Of a DNA stretch of 64,000 bases, positions 23,405-32,229 are shown one piece after another. Made by a program: the position numbers and the translations under genes. This DNA is from Halarcobacter sp. (GTDB lineage Bacteria; Campylobacterota; Campylobacteria; Campylobacterales; Arcobacteraceae). The number at the start of each line of letters is the position of its first letter. Positions within the stretch are counted from its first letter, which is position 1. The DNA lies in the NCBI GenBank assembly GCA_048571215.1, contig CP182352.1, forward strand, positions 2,688,001 through 2,752,000. Reading direction: 5' to 3'. The notes beneath the pieces were generated by a model. The model worked only from the letters and a program-made list of their open reading frames with translations. It had not been told where the DNA came from and ran no database searches.

Positions 23405-23846
23405 ATAAAAACATATATATAAATACGCCTAAGAAGGAACTTATAGTCATAGCCATAAAAACTAGTTTCCCAACTCTTTTATGATCAAACTCCCTATTAA
23501 ACTCAAAAAAGTTTCCTTTTTTATACTCTTTATAACTTTTTATAAATAAAAAAATCCAAGCAGCTATTGAAATAATAGCTATAAAAATATGTAAGATTAA
23601 AAAAATAATTATAAAATAAAAAGGTAATGAACTTTCACTAGCATACTTAAACACTCCTCCATCAAGTCTCACCATAACTTCAAAATATACTATAAATAAA
23701 AGTGTTACAGATAGTAGTATACTTTGAGAAATTATATGTTTTTTTATCTGATTTTTTTTAACATAATTTATACTCAATAAAAGTAAAAAGGGCAAACATA
23801 ATATATATATTGTAAATACTGTCATATAAATTGGTATTTCATTCAT
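23394..23846 (-). CDS. DUF420-like four-TM membrane protein
   Basis: Four hydrophobic helices, KKHIISQ, LILHI, HKRVGK; probable ATG 23846 overlaps helicase stop. Confidence 0.7.
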   Translation of the reverse strand: MNEIPIYMTVFTIYILCLPFLLLLSINYVKKNQIKKHIISQSILLSVTLLFIVYFEVMVRLDGGVFKYASESSLPFYFIIIFLILHIFIAIISIAAWIFLFIKSYKEYKKGNFFEFNREFDHKRVGKLVFMAMTISSFLGVFIYMFLFII

Positions 23847-26619
23847 TAAAACTAGCCTTTTTTGTAAACTCTTCAAAAAGTTTATCACTTAATGGTTTTT
23901 GCAGTTTTAGTTGCAAATTTATTGGTTTGTTTCCCTCAAACTTATAGGTATCAACTAAGCCAAGATATATGAATCCTTGAACTTTTTTATCCACATGGGA
24001 AAACTTTCTAACAAAAACATGTAGTTTCACCTTATGTTTTTTATTGTTAATAAGTTTTAAACCATCACCTTTATCTTGGGACATACTTGGCTTACTACTA
24101 TATGTAAAAAGCTCTTTTGATAAAAAAGTATTATCATAATTTGCACCCTTTGCAAACTTATGTTTATCTATAGTTATAAATAAAAAGAAATCATTTTTAA
24201 ACTTTAAAAATCCACTTCCCCTAAAAGAACTATGTATTTTATCCAAATTACATAGCTGTGCAATGTTTAACATATTATATTTTTCATACAACTTTAAAAA
24301 TGGCATACCATAATCTTCATTTGAGAAGTTATCTTCATATTCTAAAAGTGCATAATTTATAGACTCTTCAATAACTTGTTTTTTAAAACTATTTTCTAAT
24401 ATAGTTTCAAACTCTTTTGTACGAACTAAAATACCCTCTTTTAGCTCTACAAGTTTTAAAAATCTTTCTTTTTGTCCACTATCAAAAAACTCTTGATTTA
24501 AATACAAAAAACTATGTTTCAAACTTTGTTTATCTACAACTTTTAAATATTTTCCAAGCAAACTGAAAATCTTCTTTTGATCACAAGAACTATTTGATAA
24601 AAGATATTTTAAGATAACAAACTCATATACTCTTTTTATTGGCAAATGATAATCTATAAATCTAATAGCTTTTATAAAAACTTCATCTTTACATGTTTCT
24701 TTAAAAACCTCATCTTTTTCAACTTTTGCTAAAAACTCTATGTATGATTTTGAATAATTAATAAAATCTATAGGAGTTAATAAATCACTATAATAAAAAT
24801 AATCATCAAGTTTTGGTATAGCTTTTAGTGTTGACTTAAAAGCAAAATATTGCTCTTTTAGATATTTGATTGAATTGAAGTTTTCCTTATCTAATTGTTC
24901 TAAGATTCTATTTTTTGATACCTCATCCATGGATATAAAAGCTTCATTTATATTTGCAAAATTGTTTAATAAAGAGAGTTTCACACTATCTTTATCTATA
25001 GCTTTTCCACCTAAAAGAGCAAGGGCTACTAAAAATGTCTTACTGTGGTTACCTATAAAATCTAGAATTGTTACAAACTCTTTACTTTTGTGCTTTCTTA
25101 GTCCTCTTCCAAGCTGTTGTATAAACACTATAGGTGAATTTGTAGGTCTTAAAAAAAGCACTTGATTTACAGAAGGGATATCAACACCTTCATTGAAAAT
25201 ATCCACACTAAAGATAACTTCTAAATCATTATCTTCATCTTCCAAAGAAGCTATAGTTTCTTCCCTTTTTAAAACAGAATCACTGCTTGTTAGAACTTGA
25301 GATTTGATTGCTCTTTTATTAAACTCTTTGCCCATAAATATTGCATGTTCTTTTGAAACACAAAAACCTAATACTTTTCTTTTTTTACCTGAAAAGCCAT
25401 AAAAATTCATTTTATTGATAATATAATCAACCCTTTGATTTACCATCAAAACTCTTGCTACTAAATCAATTTTAGAGATATCTACATCTTTATAATCAAT
25501 CCCTTCAAAATCACTAATACCATAATAATGGAAAGCAGATATAAGTTTATTTTCTAAAGCTTCACTAAGACTAATATCACAAGCAATATTCTCATCAAAA
25601 AATTCATAAATATTTATATCATCACTTCTATTTGGAGTAGCTGTTAAGCCCAATAAAAACCTAGGTTTAAAGTATTTAATAACATCTAGATAAGTTTTAC
25701 TTGAAATATGATGGGCCTCATCAACTATAATATAATCAAACAAATCTTTTTTGAAACTCTCAAAGTTTGTACTCATGGTTTGAATAGTACTAAAAATATA
25801 CTCTTTATCTAATTCTTTTTTGTTTCCAGTATATAAGCCACAAGTTTTATTTAATATGATTTTTTCAAAACTTTCTTTAGCTTTTATTAAAATATTTTCC
25901 CTATGAACTAAAAACAAAACCCTATTTGCCCTGAAGTTTTTCACATCAAAGGCTGCCAAATAAGTTTTACCTGTCCCTGTAGAGGCTATTGCTAGGGCTT
26001 TTGATTCTTTATTTTTTCTAAAAAAGTTTAATTTATCCAAAGCTTTTTCTTGCATATGGTTTACCTCTATACTTTTATTGAAACTAAAATTTTTTTGTAT
26101 ATTTTTATTTTGGTATTGTTCATATTCATTTAAAAACTGTGAACTTACTTCATTTGAAATATTCCAAAGTTTATCAAACTCAAAAATAATATCTTGTATA
26201 AAAAGCTCATCTTTTTTTGATACTGTTTTTATATTCCATTCAATATTTGTTTTAAAAGCACTTGCAGTTATATTTGAAGAACCCAATAAAACCTTATAAC
26301 AATCATCAAATTCAAAAATATATGTTTTAGAGTGAAAACCCCTATTATTTTCATAACAATCAAAGATTTTCAACTGTAGATTATCAAACTCTTTTAGCCT
26401 CTTTAAAGCCTTAGCTTGGGTAAAATTTAAATATGTTGAGCTTAAGATTTTACCCTTAATACCTCTTTTTTTACAAGATTCTAAACTATCAAGTAATAGT
26501 TGAACTCCTGAATAATTAATAAACGCCACATTAAAGGTAAACCTATTGCAGCTATTTAAAAGTTTTTGTAACTCATTATAAAAGTTTGAAGTGGCATTAT
26601 TTGTAATAAGTTCTTTCAA
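23839..26619 (-). CDS. PLD nuclease-SF2 helicase-DUF3427 protein (SauUSI-like modification-dependent restriction enzyme)
   Basis: FHSKTYIF..GSSNIT (PLD), STGTGKT, DEAHH, LTATP, QQLGRGLR, C-terminal DUF3427-like domain (HVFVRK..FIYLG). Confidence 0.85.
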   Translation of the reverse strand: MKELITNNATSNFYNELQKLLNSCNRFTFNVAFINYSGVQLLLDSLESCKKRGIKGKILSSTYLNFTQAKALKRLKEFDNLQLKIFDCYENNRGFHSKTYIFEFDDCYKVLLGSSNITASAFKTNIEWNIKTVSKKDELFIQDIIFEFDKLWNISNEVSSQFLNEYEQYQNKNIQKNFSFNKSIEVNHMQEKALDKLNFFRKNKESKALAIASTGTGKTYLAAFDVKNFRANRVLFLVHRENILIKAKESFEKIILNKTCGLYTGNKKELDKEYIFSTIQTMSTNFESFKKDLFDYIIVDEAHHISSKTYLDVIKYFKPRFLLGLTATPNRSDDINIYEFFDENIACDISLSEALENKLISAFHYYGISDFEGIDYKDVDISKIDLVARVLMVNQRVDYIINKMNFYGFSGKKRKVLGFCVSKEHAIFMGKEFNKRAIKSQVLTSSDSVLKREETIASLEDEDNDLEVIFSVDIFNEGVDIPSVNQVLFLRPTNSPIVFIQQLGRGLRKHKSKEFVTILDFIGNHSKTFLVALALLGGKAIDKDSVKLSLLNNFANINEAFISMDEVSKNRILEQLDKENFNSIKYLKEQYFAFKSTLKAIPKLDDYFYYSDLLTPIDFINYSKSYIEFLAKVEKDEVFKETCKDEVFIKAIRFIDYHLPIKRVYEFVILKYLLSNSSCDQKKIFSLLGKYLKVVDKQSLKHSFLYLNQEFFDSGQKERFLKLVELKEGILVRTKEFETILENSFKKQVIEESINYALLEYEDNFSNEDYGMPFLKLYEKYNMLNIAQLCNLDKIHSSFRGSGFLKFKNDFFLFITIDKHKFAKGANYDNTFLSKELFTYSSKPSMSQDKGDGLKLINNKKHKVKLHVFVRKFSHVDKKVQGFIYLGLVDTYKFEGNKPINLQLKLQKPLSDKLFEEFTKKASFNE

Positions 26620-26627
26620 TAAAACTC

Positions 26628-27605
26628 CTACAATTTATCCATTGCATATCTTGCAGTACCAAGTAATGCTGTTTTGTCATTTAGTGCAACTTTTATCTTC
26701 ATCCCACGCATCAACTCTTCAAACCTACCCTTTGAAAAAAATGTATTTATAAAAACCTCATTTTCTAAAAATGGTAATATTTTTGGAGCAATTCCTCCAC
26801 CTATCAAAACTCCTCCAACAGACATAGACTTTAAAGCTAAATTTCCAGCTTCAGCGGCATAAATCTCACAAAATAGTTTCATAGTCTCTTTGCACAGTTT
26901 ATCATCAAACTCTAAAGCACCTTTACTTATCATTGCACTTTTATCACTATGCTTATTTAAGTTTGACATAAAATTAGCTTGTAAAGCAAAATTACTATCC
27001 ACTAAAAAATCATAAATAGTAGATATTCCCATCCCAGAAACAATCCTCTCTACACTAACATGACCTTTAAACCTATCTCTTGCCCATTTTAAGAGTTCAT
27101 CTTGTTGTGCAGTTAATGGAGCAAAATCACTATGACCACCCTCTGTTGCTATAGGAAAGTAATCTTTACCATCAAAATATAAAATCGCTTCACCAAGACC
27201 AGTTCCCGCTGCTATTACTGCTATATTTCCTTTTGTATCTCTTCCATATTCATTTAGATTTACAAACTCTTTCTCTTCTAAATATAACATTCCATAAGCT
27301 GTTGCTTCTAAATCATTTAAAAGTCTTACATTTTTTATGTTTAGTTGTTCTTGTAAATCACTTTGTTTTATATCCCAAGGGAGATTTGTTGTTTTACATC
27401 TTTGTTCTATTATGGGTCCAGCTATACCAAAACATGCTTTTTTTATCTTATATTCTTTATGTTTGGATAAAAATTGATTTATTAGTTTTTCAAAGCTACT
27501 AAAATCTTTACTTTTAAACTCTTCTAGTAAAACTACTTTAAGATTTTTTTCATCATATATTGCCAAATTTGTTTTTGTACCACCAATATCACCAGCTAAA
27601 ATCAT
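26628..27605 (-). CDS. glk: Glucokinase
   Basis: LAGDIGGTKT, GIAGP, TNLPW, LNDLEA, GTGLGE, EGGH, GGGIAPKI; start at ATG 27605 after AAGGA. Confidence 0.92.
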   Translation of the reverse strand: MILAGDIGGTKTNLAIYDEKNLKVVLLEEFKSKDFSSFEKLINQFLSKHKEYKIKKACFGIAGPIIEQRCKTTNLPWDIKQSDLQEQLNIKNVRLLNDLEATAYGMLYLEEKEFVNLNEYGRDTKGNIAVIAAGTGLGEAILYFDGKDYFPIATEGGHSDFAPLTAQQDELLKWARDRFKGHVSVERIVSGMGISTIYDFLVDSNFALQANFMSNLNKHSDKSAMISKGALEFDDKLCKETMKLFCEIYAAEAGNLALKSMSVGGVLIGGGIAPKILPFLENEVFINTFFSKGRFEELMRGMKIKVALNDKTALLGTARYAMDKL

Positions 27606-27615
27606 ATTTTTTCCT

Positions 27616-30573
27616 TTATTGGTTTTCACTATTTTGTGTTTTTAAAAGAAACATAAAGGCTTCTATAAAAAATTTATGTGCATCTTTGGGTGAAAGCTCA
27701 TACATATTTTGCCAAGCTTGTGTTTTAAACTCTTGATAATTTTGCTCACCATTTGATTTTTCCCAAGCTACTCTTACTGCATGACCTATTATAACATCAA
27801 GCATCAATTCCCCATCTATTTTTATCTCTGGATTATTTCTAAATAGTCTAATTAAGGATTCAAGAAGCTCTATATTTAATTGTCTATATTCAGGAGCTTC
27901 AATATTTTGTAAAAGTATTTCAACCTTTAAATCAAAGTTTCTCTCCCCTGGAGTACTTTCTAGTGTTACATCTGAAGAGATTCTATTTTCAAGATTATAT
28001 TTATCCCCTATTACTAAGCCTTTACATTGTTGTAAAAGATACCAAACTCCTTTATAAAACTCCTTTGATAACCTAGCTAACATCCCTGATTCTTTTCTCC
28101 ACTTCTCCCAACTATCAACCCTAATACAATCAGCTTGATTTTCTGTAAATTCAATGGAGGTTATACTACAAAGTCCTACTGCTTGAATATTTTCTTGATC
28201 TATCATATGATTAACTTCTACACTATATGATTTTAAGATATCTCTTAATCTCTCATAAATATCATGGGGTGCAAGGTTTACAAGGTATTCATAAGATTGA
28301 GCAATATTTAAAGATTCACTTTTTGCTATTTTGGATACTAAAAGTTGTACAAAATACCATGTTCTTAGAGTAATCATATTTTCAAAGAGTTCAGGCTCAC
28401 TTCTAATTAGATGTCCTAAATGTAAAATCAACTCTTGAGTTAATACTGTTTCTGCATTATTATTTCCACAATATGCATTTATCTTTTTTAAAATCTCTTG
28501 GTTATCTACAGGTTTTAATAAAAGGGCATCTTGACTATATGCTCTTCCTACTGCAAGAATTTTTTGTCTAATTACTATTTCTAAAAGGGCATCCTCTAAT
28601 CTCTCATCAGAAATATTTTGCTCTTGACAAGAGATTCTTACTTCTTTCCAATTATGTTTTGCTTTTGCATGCATATAATTATCTTCAAAATTAGAAAACT
28701 CAAACTCTCCTAACTCATATCCATGAAGATTATCTATCCTTTCAATTCCAGCTGTTGTCAAAAGTTGTTCTAAATTTCCAATTTTTATCTCAATATCCTC
28801 ACAAGTTCCTGATTGTAACTCATTTAAAAGATTTAAAACCTCTTGTTGTTGACTTTTTTCTAGCATATCTTCTCTTACCAAAAACGGAACAATTGCTTGT
28901 CCCGGATAATCCCATTGGCTACTTAGAAATTTAATAGTTGATTTAAACTGTTCAACCAATAAATTACTATCATAACTAAAATAAAAACCTTTTGGATTGA
29001 AGTAATGTGGTAAAAAAACTATTCTCTCCCCTGCTAAGATATGTAATCTAGCAGTTGTAATAGAACGTGGTACCCAAGATGGTCTACCACTTAAACCTAA
29101 TTTTTCATTTACTCCAAGTAGGGCATGTATCTGTGATAACTGGGAAGCATGAAGAATTTTTATAGGTTTTACCTCATCTATAGTTTGACTTTGAAAACCT
29201 AAATCTAAAAGTTTTTCCTGTACTTTTTTATCTTCTGAAAGTATGGTAACCATTGGATAAGAAACTCTTGTGTGACCTATTCTTTTTCTTCTATTTAATG
29301 GATCTATATCGCTAACTGATAATATCTTATCATCTATCATATCACTTAAGATATACAAACTTTGAGCCCAAACTAAAGGTATGTTTTCATTGGGAACTCT
29401 TTTTTGAGTATTGGGGTTTTGTTTCTCTTCTTCGATAAAATCTTTTGGAACATAATACAATTCAGGTAAAAGCTCTTGCCCCTCTTGTTCAATAAATAAA
29501 GGTTTTAACTTCTCTTTATAAAGCTTAACCTCATCATAATCATTCCTCATATAAGCATCAAGTAATAAATAGGTAAAAAATAGTGGCCATTGAGATTCTA
29601 TATTTTCAAACTCTTTTAACTCATGGGGGTCATAATGTAGTCTGCTATTATCTTCAATAATACTTTGATGACCATCTAATAAAAATCTTTTACACCCATA
29701 ATCTCCACCAAGTTTTTTTAAGATTTTTTCTTTTGTCTTTTTTAGTAATTCTTCATCTTCAACTGCATAGGCAGGATAGCCTATAATACTTAAAAGTGCC
29801 GCATCAGTCTCTTTTGAATTAGATTCCCGTGGAAGTAAGCCTTGCAAGGTTGACCTAGACCTTGCAATATCACTTGGGACCACATGGATCATAGCTTCTT
29901 TACCAGTAAAATTGCCAAATAGATTAAAATTTGACAAGGCTTCTAATGCCGCCTTTGCCATACCAACTGAACTACAATTTATTTCAGTATCTCCATGGTT
30001 TATTTTATTTCCCCTCTCCCAAATACCAAAATCAGGAGTGCAATAAGTTCTACTAATATAATGCACTAAATTTTGAACAAAATTCACCTCATCTATTGTA
30101 AAAATTATTCTAAGCCCTGAAGCTATCATTTGAGCTAACATTAAAAGAAAAAGAGAAGTGGCATCAAGCTGTAGATGTCCCCATTCATCGTCACCTACTA
30201 CATTTAATCCAGTTGTAGTTGAATATTTTGCATGTAGTGCATCTATAGGATTTAGAGTCTTTTTAAACTTTTCTACCTTTGATGATTGTCTCATCATACA
30301 AAGTAATAATCCTCTCATTAGTTTCACTACACTTTGATTTAAAAGATATGTTCTATGACTGTTTGGTTTATATTTTTTATAACTTAAAGCTAAGCCCCAA
30401 ACACAAAGTATACTATATACATTGTCTCTAACCCAAGCATCGGTATAATCACCATGACTAGTAATAGCTGTACTAGCAGGAAGCAGTCCTGTAATAGGGT
30501 TTTGCCTAGAAAGAATTGTTTTTTCAATTGTTATAAAATGTTTATTTAGTATATTGTCTAATTTATTGTGCAT
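27616..30573 (-). CDS. GH15-like protein related to phosphorylase kinase alpha/beta subunits
   Basis: TGLLPAS, DAWVRDNVYSI, WGHLQLDA, DFGIWERGNK, KRFLLDGHQ, PLVWAQSL, PEYRQLNIELL. Confidence 0.85.
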   Translation of the reverse strand: MHNKLDNILNKHFITIEKTILSRQNPITGLLPASTAITSHGDYTDAWVRDNVYSILCVWGLALSYKKYKPNSHRTYLLNQSVVKLMRGLLLCMMRQSSKVEKFKKTLNPIDALHAKYSTTTGLNVVGDDEWGHLQLDATSLFLLMLAQMIASGLRIIFTIDEVNFVQNLVHYISRTYCTPDFGIWERGNKINHGDTEINCSSVGMAKAALEALSNFNLFGNFTGKEAMIHVVPSDIARSRSTLQGLLPRESNSKETDAALLSIIGYPAYAVEDEELLKKTKEKILKKLGGDYGCKRFLLDGHQSIIEDNSRLHYDPHELKEFENIESQWPLFFTYLLLDAYMRNDYDEVKLYKEKLKPLFIEQEGQELLPELYYVPKDFIEEEKQNPNTQKRVPNENIPLVWAQSLYILSDMIDDKILSVSDIDPLNRRKRIGHTRVSYPMVTILSEDKKVQEKLLDLGFQSQTIDEVKPIKILHASQLSQIHALLGVNEKLGLSGRPSWVPRSITTARLHILAGERIVFLPHYFNPKGFYFSYDSNLLVEQFKSTIKFLSSQWDYPGQAIVPFLVREDMLEKSQQQEVLNLLNELQSGTCEDIEIKIGNLEQLLTTAGIERIDNLHGYELGEFEFSNFEDNYMHAKAKHNWKEVRISCQEQNISDERLEDALLEIVIRQKILAVGRAYSQDALLLKPVDNQEILKKINAYCGNNNAETVLTQELILHLGHLIRSEPELFENMITLRTWYFVQLLVSKIAKSESLNIAQSYEYLVNLAPHDIYERLRDILKSYSVEVNHMIDQENIQAVGLCSITSIEFTENQADCIRVDSWEKWRKESGMLARLSKEFYKGVWYLLQQCKGLVIGDKYNLENRISSDVTLESTPGERNFDLKVEILLQNIEAPEYRQLNIELLESLIRLFRNNPEIKIDGELMLDVIIGHAVRVAWEKSNGEQNYQEFKTQAWQNMYELSPKDAHKFFIEAFMFLLKTQNSENQ

Positions 30574-30623
30574 ATCTGTTGCCTTCTAATAAAACAACGA
30601 TTATACGACATTTTGGTTAAAGT

Positions 30624-30716
30624 TTAATAACTAAATCTCTTTTTATTGTAACTATAAACTGATTTTGATTTTGGAACAAATGTTTTACCTAAGAAACTTA
30701 TCATAATTTTTAACAT
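30624..30716 (-). CDS. Candidate 30-aa small ORF
   Basis: MLKIMISFLGKTFVPKSKSVYSYNKKRFSY; AAAGG RBS; lies just downstream of a sigma54-like motif. Confidence 0.35.
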   Translation of the reverse strand: MLKIMISFLGKTFVPKSKSVYSYNKKRFSY

Positions 30717-30745
30717 AGTTTTGCCTTTTTATGTTTTTAATCTAA

Positions 30746-30763
30746 ATGCAACAAGTGTTCCTT
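30746..30763 (-). promoter_or_regulatory. Sigma54-like -24/-12 promoter
   Basis: Minus strand AAGGAACACTTGTTGCAT = GG-N10-GC, close to the Campylobacterota TGGAAC-N5-TTGC pattern. Confidence 0.4.
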
Positions 30764-30875
30764 TAGAAGTTTTTCTATCCTATTTAAAAGCTAAAGATAT
30801 TGTGGTTAAAAACTATACTAATAGATAAAATAATTAACAATCATTTAGATATAATTCCCTTTTAAAATATATAAA

Positions 30876-31682
30876 ATGAAAACTAATATGAAACATAAAA
30901 CCAATGATATTATCTCTTATGAAGAGCAAACAAAAATCACCAAAGCAATAATAAAAGCAGCTGTATTGATGATGGAATTTGGAGCTGAAAGTAAACTTAT
31001 TGAAAAAACTGCACAAAGGCTTGGAAGTGCTTTAGGTGTAGATTCTGTGGAGATTGCTTTAATCCCTTCTGCAATTGTATTAACTACACTTACAAATAAA
31101 AAAACCCAATCTGTTACAACAACAAGAAGATCTCATCATAAACCTATCAATATGTCCATTGTATGTGATGTGCAAAAGGTGTGTATAGATGCAGAAAAAA
31201 ACAATTATGGAGTAGATTATATAATAGAAGGGTTAAGACAGATTGAACCAAACTATTATAATCCTTGGTTGATTGTATTTATGATTGCACTATCGTGTGC
31301 AGCTATCTCTATTTTGCAAGGTGGTGATACAGCAGCATTTTTTATCACCTTTTTAGCCTCAGGGATTGCAATGTATATTAGACAACAATTGGCTAGAAAA
31401 AAAATGATTTTATTTTTAGCTTTTTCAATAACTGCCTTTTTTGCTACTATTATTGCAAGTGGTGCATATATTTACTCCCTAACAACTACTCCCCAAATTG
31501 TATTAGCAGCATCTGTAGTATTACTATTTCCTGGTTTTCCCTTTGTAAACTCATTTTTAGATGCGGTAAAAGGTTATTTAAGTATGGGTTGGGGAAGATG
31601 GATGCAAGCTTCACTTTTAACATTTGCAACCTCAATGGGTATTATTTTAGCTATGAGTATTCTGGATATAAAGGGTTGGTAA
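30876..31682 (+). CDS. ThrE-family exporter, large subunit
   Basis: LMMEFGAES..IEKTAQRLG, YNPWL, LFPGFPFVNS. Confidence 0.88.
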   Translation: MKTNMKHKTNDIISYEEQTKITKAIIKAAVLMMEFGAESKLIEKTAQRLGSALGVDSVEIALIPSAIVLTTLTNKKTQSVTTTRRSHHKPINMSIVCDVQKVCIDAEKNNYGVDYIIEGLRQIEPNYYNPWLIVFMIALSCAAISILQGGDTAAFFITFLASGIAMYIRQQLARKKMILFLAFSITAFFATIIASGAYIYSLTTTPQIVLAASVVLLFPGFPFVNSFLDAVKGYLSMGWGRWMQASLLTFATSMGIILAMSILDIKGW

Positions 31683-32150
31683 ATGTTATTTGAAGAGTTT
31701 GGTATATTTGCTTTTTTACTTGCTTCAATCCCTGCAATTGGCTTTGGAATGTTGTTTAATGTTCCTAAAAATGCTTTAGTATATTGTGGTTTTGGAGGGG
31801 TAATTACATTTTCGATTCAAAAAATACTAATTCAAACAGGTATAGCAATAGAACTTTCAACCTTTGTAGCAAGTTTAACAATAGCAATATTAACTGAACT
31901 TTATATAAGAAAAAACAAAATGCCAAGGTCAGTTTATACAGTTGCTGCTATTATCCCTTTGATTCCTGCTGGATATGCTATTACTGCTATGATAAGTTTA
32001 GTTGATATGCATACACATGGGGTAAGTTTAGAGTTGATTTTTCGTTTTCTTGATACAAGTATGAAAGCCTTGTCAATATTGGGTGCTATAAGTTTTGGAT
32101 TAGCTTTACCATCTTTATATTTTACTAGATATAATAGAACAATAATTTAA
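31683..32150 (+). CDS. ThrE-family exporter, small subunit
   Basis: GFGMLFNVP, IIPLIPAG; adjacent to large subunit. Confidence 0.85.
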   Translation: MLFEEFGIFAFLLASIPAIGFGMLFNVPKNALVYCGFGGVITFSIQKILIQTGIAIELSTFVASLTIAILTELYIRKNKMPRSVYTVAAIIPLIPAGYAITAMISLVDMHTHGVSLELIFRFLDTSMKALSILGAISFGLALPSLYFTRYNRTII

Positions 32151-32229
32151 TTTATTTAAATATTAATAACTTGTATTAAATAAAAATAAAAGTTTATTTT
32201 CTACTTTTTTAAGTATAATACACTCCATA

